64,000 nt of DNA from assembly GCA_964019335.1 (NCBI GenBank), contig OZ025762.1:1-64000 (forward strand). Direction: 5' to 3'. The stretch comes from Diplonema japonicum. Its lineage: Eukaryota; Protista; Euglenozoa: Diplonemea. This document shows positions 58,063 to 64,000 of this stretch, piece by piece. Positions within the stretch are counted from its first letter, which is position 1. Each line of letters begins with the position of its first letter. The notes beneath the pieces are model-generated. The model was not told the DNA's origin and searched no databases. It saw only the letters and a list, made by a program, of their open reading frames with translations. The translations under genes and the position numbers were made by a program.

Positions 58063-59353
58063 GGGTCGATTTCAAAAACCCCCCCCAAAAAAAAATGAGG
58101 CCAATTGACACTTTCGTTGCATCTTTGGGCATGCCGCCCCCTTTAAAAAAAATTCTCCATATTTCCCGGCCCATATTAGGAAAGAACCCGGGTCAGAAAT
58201 TGCTCAAGGGTGCTATTTTAACCTATGAAAAATTCAGTTTTAGGGTCAAAATCGGGTTTTGGTAAAGTCAGAGAGTATGCTTTCAATAGCAAGAGATGGC
58301 GGAACTCACTACTAGAAGGTGGCTGAAATGATGTTGGAAGTGGAAACCTTCATTTCCTAGTCTTCTGCAGCTGAGATGTGCTGCCGCATACTATTAGGCC
58401 TTCTACCGCATTTTGGGGGGGTTTAAGAGGCTCATTCGTAGGTGTACTTGTGCTTTGGGCTTGTCATGGGGTGGCGAGTATTTCTTTCTCGTTTTTCAAG
58501 TCCGGGAAGGCTATCAGGAACGTCCTCATACTCATCACAAGATTCATAGACTGGGGGCCTTTTCTCTACCCTGTCTGCATCGAGTTCTTTGATGATGTAC
58601 TTTAGTTCCTTCTAGCTCGTGGATGCGATCAAAGACACCCTCCGTATGCTCCTGAGCTCATATGCTTCTGTAAAATCCGGAAACTCAAGAATCTTCTTTT
58701 TGTACGGGCCAAAGACATTGTTGTGGAACGAGGCACCCAAAGCCAAACACGAGAGAGCACACCAAAGTGGCTGTCCCTGCTGTTTTTGCCGTGTTTCTCC
58801 CCCAGAAACCACAGGGAAAACGTCCGATCAGGATAAACATAACGAAGACCAAAAGAACAAAGTAGCAAAAATTCCTTTGCACGAAAGTGACGCCCACCGT
58901 CAGTCCAGAGTATCCACTCCATTTTTTTCTTTACTACTGTGGAACACGTTTTTTCCAACAGTAAGGCCAGCTGCCCTTATTTCGTCATGTGTGATGTGGT
59001 CAAGCCTCATGCCTCTGACCAATTGGCGCCGTGTGGTGTCTTGTTGGCTACTAAACCAACCAGAAAATGATAGCAGTGCCGCTAAAAGTTCCAACAGCAA
59101 GTTTAAAAGCATCCGTTTTTGTCACCCCCTCTTTTACTGAATTTGTGCAAAGTGAAAAAACCCATTTTTTGCCCCTAGGACTGAATTTTCTGGGTACTAG
59201 TAACACTCACTTTCCCATTTTCTGGGGTGTTTTCTTTCCTAACCTGGGCCGGGAAAGTTGTAGAATTTTTTTTCTTTGGGAAAAAGTACTTAGAGAAATA
59301 TTGAAAGTGTCAATTGGCCTCATTTTGGGGGGGTTTTTTTTTGAAACGATGCC
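58063..59353 (-). mobile_element. Deleted TIR DNA transposon, Sola-like (superfamily tentative)
   Basis: ~55-bp imperfect TIRs sharing ATGAGGCCAATTGACACTTTC, with ATAT on both flanks (58059-62, 59354-57). Minus-strand relic WILWTDGGRHF...FLGEKHGKNSRDSHFG. Confidence 0.75.
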
Positions 59354-59695
59354 ATATATTTTTTTCCTTTCATATCCAGATATCGTGACACTTCCAACCC
59401 ACCTAGTGGGTGCGGCCTTGCATGTCGAAAAAGAAGTGAAATTTAAAAAAAAAGAAACAAAAAAAAAGAAAGTCTATAGTTTGTTTTTGTTTTAAAAAAA
59501 AAAAACAAAGGGGAACGTTTTGCTTAAGGGTTATTGGGTTATTATAAACGTCTCCGAGATTCTTTCTGTAAGGGCTCGGCAGAAAAGAAGTTGTGGAAAG
59601 AAATTATTTTTCATTATACCCCAGACTGTTATTTCATTGTACCCCCAGAATTTTATTCCCACTTGCAATGTCATTTCAGGTACCCCAGAATGCTC

Positions 59696-60347
59696 ATGAC
59701 CGGCATGCCAGAAGACTCTTCTGTGTTCTCTTCCATCACCACAATACCATGGAGTGAGGTCACTAAAGGGGGAAGGCTGGGATCCGTGACGGGAGGAACA
59801 GTGTTCTTGGTGCAGTATTGCGCGAAGGTGAGGAAGGAGATCAAGGGACCGAGGCAGTGAAGATGTACCAACAGAAAAGCCCCCATAGTCGTGACCGAAG
59901 AGGAACACCACAAAGCTTACGAATGTTTGAACAAGATTATCGAAACGGTCCGGAGACTGGTGAATGCGGACATCCCTGATGGCAGCATCTGCACAGAAGA
60001 CTGGATGCCGAACAGCGGTCACACGAAACAAAGAGAAGCTTGCAAATCGGATTCAGAACCAGCGAGCCGGGATGACGAAGCCGATTGTTCAGAACTGTCA
60101 GTGCCCCAGCAACAACATTGTGAACATATATGATGGTGGCGACGGTGATGGATGTCTACGAGAAGAACCTATGGTTGTCTCAGAATAGAAAAAGCGAAGA
60201 AAGTACTTGGAATCGCACTTCATCGAAATCCATGATCAAAACCTCATCCATGGGGGTATCAACACCGACAACATCGTTCTGGACGACAAAGGGAATGCTC
60301 TTGTCAGCGGACTGGGAACAGTGCGAAGCACTTTGTGTGACGAGTCC
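59696..60347 (+). pseudogene. Fragmented partial duplicate of the adjacent kinase gene
   Basis: Patches match 60485-62520 in order, with many deletions and frameshifts. Confidence 0.85.
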
Positions 60348-60484
60348 ATTCGGTCCCGGGTATGACGTTAAACTGCGCCGACGCTTCTGGGAGCCAGCAT
60401 TTCCTGGCGACCAGGCCGTCTTTTTCCTTCCTTCCCTTTTCATTTTTTTCGTGCTGCTATTTTCATTATACCTCAGAATTGCTC

Positions 60485-62824
60485 ATGACCGGTATGCCAG
60501 AAGACTCTTCTGTGTTCTCTTCCATCACCACAATACCATGGAGTGAGGTCACCAAAGGGAAAAAGCTGGGATCCGTGACGGGAGGAACAGTGTTCTTGGC
60601 GAAATGGGAAGACAAGAAGGTAGCAATGAAGGAGATCAAGGGACCGCCAGAGGAATTCCAGCACAAAGCAGTGACGATGTACGAACAGATGGACAACCCC
60701 CACAGTGTGACCCTGTACGGTGTGGTCCCCGAGATGCAAGTGATCGTGATGGAGTACTGCAGTGACGGGGACCTTACAAAATACCTGAAGAGGAACTCCA
60801 TAAAGCTTACGAGACACAAGAAGTACAAACTACTCCTTGATGTGTTCACAGGGCTCCACAAGGCTGGAATAGTTCACGGGGACCTGAAGCCAAACAACAT
60901 TCTGGTGCAGAAGGAGAAGGCAAAGATCAGCGACTACGCCCAGAACAGCTTAACGAATACGAAGTCGGATACAATGTTCACTGCACCAGAGGTATTGGAG
61001 GGGTGCGCAGCCTCCTTCGCAAGCGATGTGTTCACGTGCGGGAGTTTGCTGTTCTACGTTCTACAAGGCAGTCTGGGGTTCAACCCGAATACCCTGAAGA
61101 GGGAGGATTTTAGAGACGAGGCAGCTGACCTCATTTTGAATTGTTGGGCCGAAGAAACAGGGAAGAGACCTGATTTGAACAAGGTTATCGAAACGGTACG
61201 GGGACTGATGCAAGCAGCGGTGTATGCCATCCCTGATGGTTGCACAGAAGACGACTGGATGCCGAACGGGAAGATGTGGAGAGTAACACTCAACGATAAG
61301 AAACGTGCAATGAGGATTCAGAAGTGCAGCGAGCCAGATGACGAAGCGATCTCTCAGATCGTTCAGTGCACCAACGAGAACATTGTGAAGTTATATGAAG
61401 TGAAAAGGCTCGCCGACGGCAGGGTGGCGACGGTGACGGATGTCTACGAGAAGAACCTGACGGCCCTCATCAAGGAGAACGGTCGGCTCGGAACAGAAGA
61501 AGCGAAGGAAGTACTTAAAAAAGCACTGGATGCGCTTAACCACATCCATGATCAAAACCTCATCCATGGGGGTATCAACACCGACAACATCGTTCTGGAC
61601 GACAAAGGGAATGCTCTTATCAGCGGACTGGGAACAGTGCGAAGCACTTTGTGTGACGAGTCCTACTGCGAACCACCCTTCGAAGCACCTGAGGGAGGCA
61701 CCAGCCGAGAAGCAGACTGCTGGGCTTTGGGTGTCACACTGTGCTGTGCATGTCTTGGGATGGAGGAGGGCATGAAGGAAGCGGAGTTGATTCGAAACAA
61801 TCACGAAGAGAGGAAGTTGTTCGAGAAGCTGGAACATGGCAGTGTGGGCAGCTCCTCTCTCGCAGGTATCATCACCAAGCTGCTGCGTCGCGAACTTTCT
61901 AGAAGGACTTCAATTGTTGAATTGTGTGGAATGGTATTTGATACGTCAGTTCTGAACTCGGTGAAGCCAAGTGAGATGGCTGTGAATAGCGTGGGGAGTG
62001 TACAGAGTGAGAAGGAGGATGTCGAGGCCGAGAACTTTGAAAAGGATGCCACCGACATTGTTGCCTGCTGGCCATGCTGGGACGAGCAATACACTCTAAG
62101 CAACTGGATGAAGGGCAGCAAGTTGTGGGTCGGAACAAAAACCGAAGGAGAGGAAAAAAGAAAGCTTGCAATGAGGATTCAGATATGCAGCGAGCCAGAT
62201 GACGAAGCGATCTCCCAGATCATGCAGTGCACCAACAACAACATTGTGAACATATATGAAGTGAAAAGGCTCGCCGACGGCAGGGTGGCGACGGTGACGG
62301 ATGTCTACGAGAAGAACCTGACAACACTCATCAAGGAGGATGGTTGCCTCAGAATAGAAAAAGCGAGGGAAGTACTTTTAGACTCACTTCAGGGCCTTCT
62401 TGAAATCCATAATGAAAACCTCATCCATGGGGGTATCAACACCGACAACATCGTTCTGGACGACAAAGGGAATGCTCTTATCAGCGGACTGGGAACAGTG
62501 CGAAGCACTTTGTGTGACGAGTCCTACTGCGAACCACCCTTCAAAGCACCTGAAGGAGGCACCAGCCAAGAAGCAGACTGCTGGGCTTTGGGTGTCACAC
62601 TGTGCTGTGCATGTCTTGGGATGGAGGAGGGCATGAAGGAAGTAAAGTCGATCCAAGAAGGAAAGTTGTTCGAGAAGCTGCTGGATCGTGGAAGTGCGGG
62701 CAAAACCCTTTCCGACGTTATCTCTGGTCTTCTGTGTGTCAATCCTGTTGGCAGGCTTTCATTTGCTGGCCTGCATGAGCTCATTGAACAAACATCGCTC
62801 TGTTTTGGGCCGCTGTCGATGTAA
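60485..62824 (+). CDS. Protein with three tandem kinase-like domains; domains 2 and 3 are likely pseudokinases
   Basis: Domain 1: VAMK, HGDLKPNN, DYA, APE. Domains 2 and 3 are near-identical, with IHGGINTDN and ISGLG replacing HRD and DFG. Confidence 0.82.
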   Translation: MTGMPEDSSVFSSITTIPWSEVTKGKKLGSVTGGTVFLAKWEDKKVAMKEIKGPPEEFQHKAVTMYEQMDNPHSVTLYGVVPEMQVIVMEYCSDGDLTKYLKRNSIKLTRHKKYKLLLDVFTGLHKAGIVHGDLKPNNILVQKEKAKISDYAQNSLTNTKSDTMFTAPEVLEGCAASFASDVFTCGSLLFYVLQGSLGFNPNTLKREDFRDEAADLILNCWAEETGKRPDLNKVIETVRGLMQAAVYAIPDGCTEDDWMPNGKMWRVTLNDKKRAMRIQKCSEPDDEAISQIVQCTNENIVKLYEVKRLADGRVATVTDVYEKNLTALIKENGRLGTEEAKEVLKKALDALNHIHDQNLIHGGINTDNIVLDDKGNALISGLGTVRSTLCDESYCEPPFEAPEGGTSREADCWALGVTLCCACLGMEEGMKEAELIRNNHEERKLFEKLEHGSVGSSSLAGIITKLLRRELSRRTSIVELCGMVFDTSVLNSVKPSEMAVNSVGSVQSEKEDVEAENFEKDATDIVACWPCWDEQYTLSNWMKGSKLWVGTKTEGEEKRKLAMRIQICSEPDDEAISQIMQCTNNNIVNIYEVKRLADGRVATVTDVYEKNLTTLIKEDGCLRIEKAREVLLDSLQGLLEIHNENLIHGGINTDNIVLDDKGNALISGLGTVRSTLCDESYCEPPFKAPEGGTSQEADCWALGVTLCCACLGMEEGMKEVKSIQEGKLFEKLLDRGSAGKTLSDVISGLLCVNPVGRLSFAGLHELIEQTSLCFGPLSM

Positions 62825-62919
62825 GTTTAAAATAAATTTAAATTTTACAACAAATTAAATTTTAAATCTTTTTCTCTCTATACAGTAATCCGATGCTCCA
62901 GAAAGGGTGTATCTGTCTG

Positions 62920-62973
<54 letters not shown>

Positions 62974-63016
62974 TTTGGCATGAAAATCGTTTCCAGCACC
63001 TTTCGAAGGGAGCATT

Positions 63017-63067
<51 letters not shown>

Positions 63068-63068
63068 C

Positions 63069-63852
63069 CCGGGAGCGAGAGGACGACGAGGAGAGGGGGC
63101 CGCTAGGGGTCTTGCTGAAGAGGTGGCTACCCTTCCTGAACAAGGGGTGGTCCTTCATTGAAGGTTTGCGCGCTCTGGTGCCCAGTGCGAGACGCCATGA
63201 AGTAAGACAGGCGATCAGACCGGCTGTTGCAAAGGAATTGATCCACGGCAGGTCGTCTTTTGCTGGAATGGAAGCGGGTGCATGTCCGTCCACGAACGCC
63301 TGGTGGAGGAAGCTCCAGTCTCGGAGACCGCTGATATCGTACAGACTGCGGCGGATCATCAGCGGTGCAGTGTTCACGGTACACCCTCGAGTGTGGGGGA
63401 AGCAATTGGATGAACGTGAGGGTGTGGAAAGCTCGTCTCTTGCGTGCGACGTCTGCGACCATCGATGCCAGACGACGACAGAAGTCACGGAGCACGCCCT
63501 ATGGGAATGTGCACCAGCGAGAGCTGCCCTGACAAACGAAAGATATGGCGGGATGACGCGAAGTGACCTACCTGCAGTGACCGCCCTCCACGGGATCATT
63601 CCAAGGGGCGCAACGGGGGCTGCGAAGCAACAGGCGGCAGTCGTGCAACGATACCTGTTGGATGTCGTGTCAAGACGAGACGCCAGAGCGGCTGAACGGA
63701 GCACCAGAATCCTCACCACCAACCCGTGGGATGAGATCACAACGGGGAAGCAGCACACTGTGCCCACAGTGGAGCTGTTGAAATCGAACGGAGCGTCGGG
63801 AAAGGTCCTAATGTTCTACATGAAGAGCGTCCTCAGGTGGCTGAAAGCCTAA
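63069..63852 (+). mobile_element. 3' fragment of a LINE ORF2 (RT-associated zinc-binding domain)
   Basis: CDVC...EVTEHALWEC CCHC pattern near the ORF end. The 5' side abuts a long poly-T tract. Confidence 0.6.
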
Positions 63853-64000
63853 GATGGTACGCAGGCAGGAAGTTGACGTCCGTCACGACGATGGAGCTCG
63901 CAGTAGACTATGAGCAGGCCACCCGGCAGTCCTTGGCTGGACCCCTTGACGACCAGGACTGGCTCACAGAGAAGGCTGGAAGGATGCGATACATCTTAGG

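Overview
Eukaryotic protist DNA. About 15 host genes have uninterrupted ORFs, all lie on the + strand, and are separated by poly(A)/poly(T)/poly(C)-rich spacers. The gene families and layout suggest a euglenozoan, possibly a diplonemid (inference only). The window opens in a (GGGTTTGC)n telomere-like array. Next to it is a 5'-truncated CRE-type retrotransposon (RT plus restriction-like endonuclease) with a long C-terminal extension and a 1.4-kb internal tandem duplication showing a strong CpG-deamination signature. The two main finds are: (1) a ~330-bp dispersed and tandem non-coding retroposon whose 5' end folds as an HDV-like self-cleaving ribozyme and whose 3' half is a long rod-like hairpin (about 13 full or partial copies); (2) a histone H2A-fold protein fused through a Lys-rich linker to a WWE domain, which parallels macroH2A but uses a different ADP-ribose reader. 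Other unusual fusions are ankyrin/PDZ/ZnF-anoctamin, multi-globin-cytochrome b5, and CoA-transferase-EF-hand. Degenerate piggyBac-like and Sola-like DNA transposons with identifiable TIRs and TSDs, LINE relics, and a 200-N gap are also present. All calls were made by eye; no searches were run.
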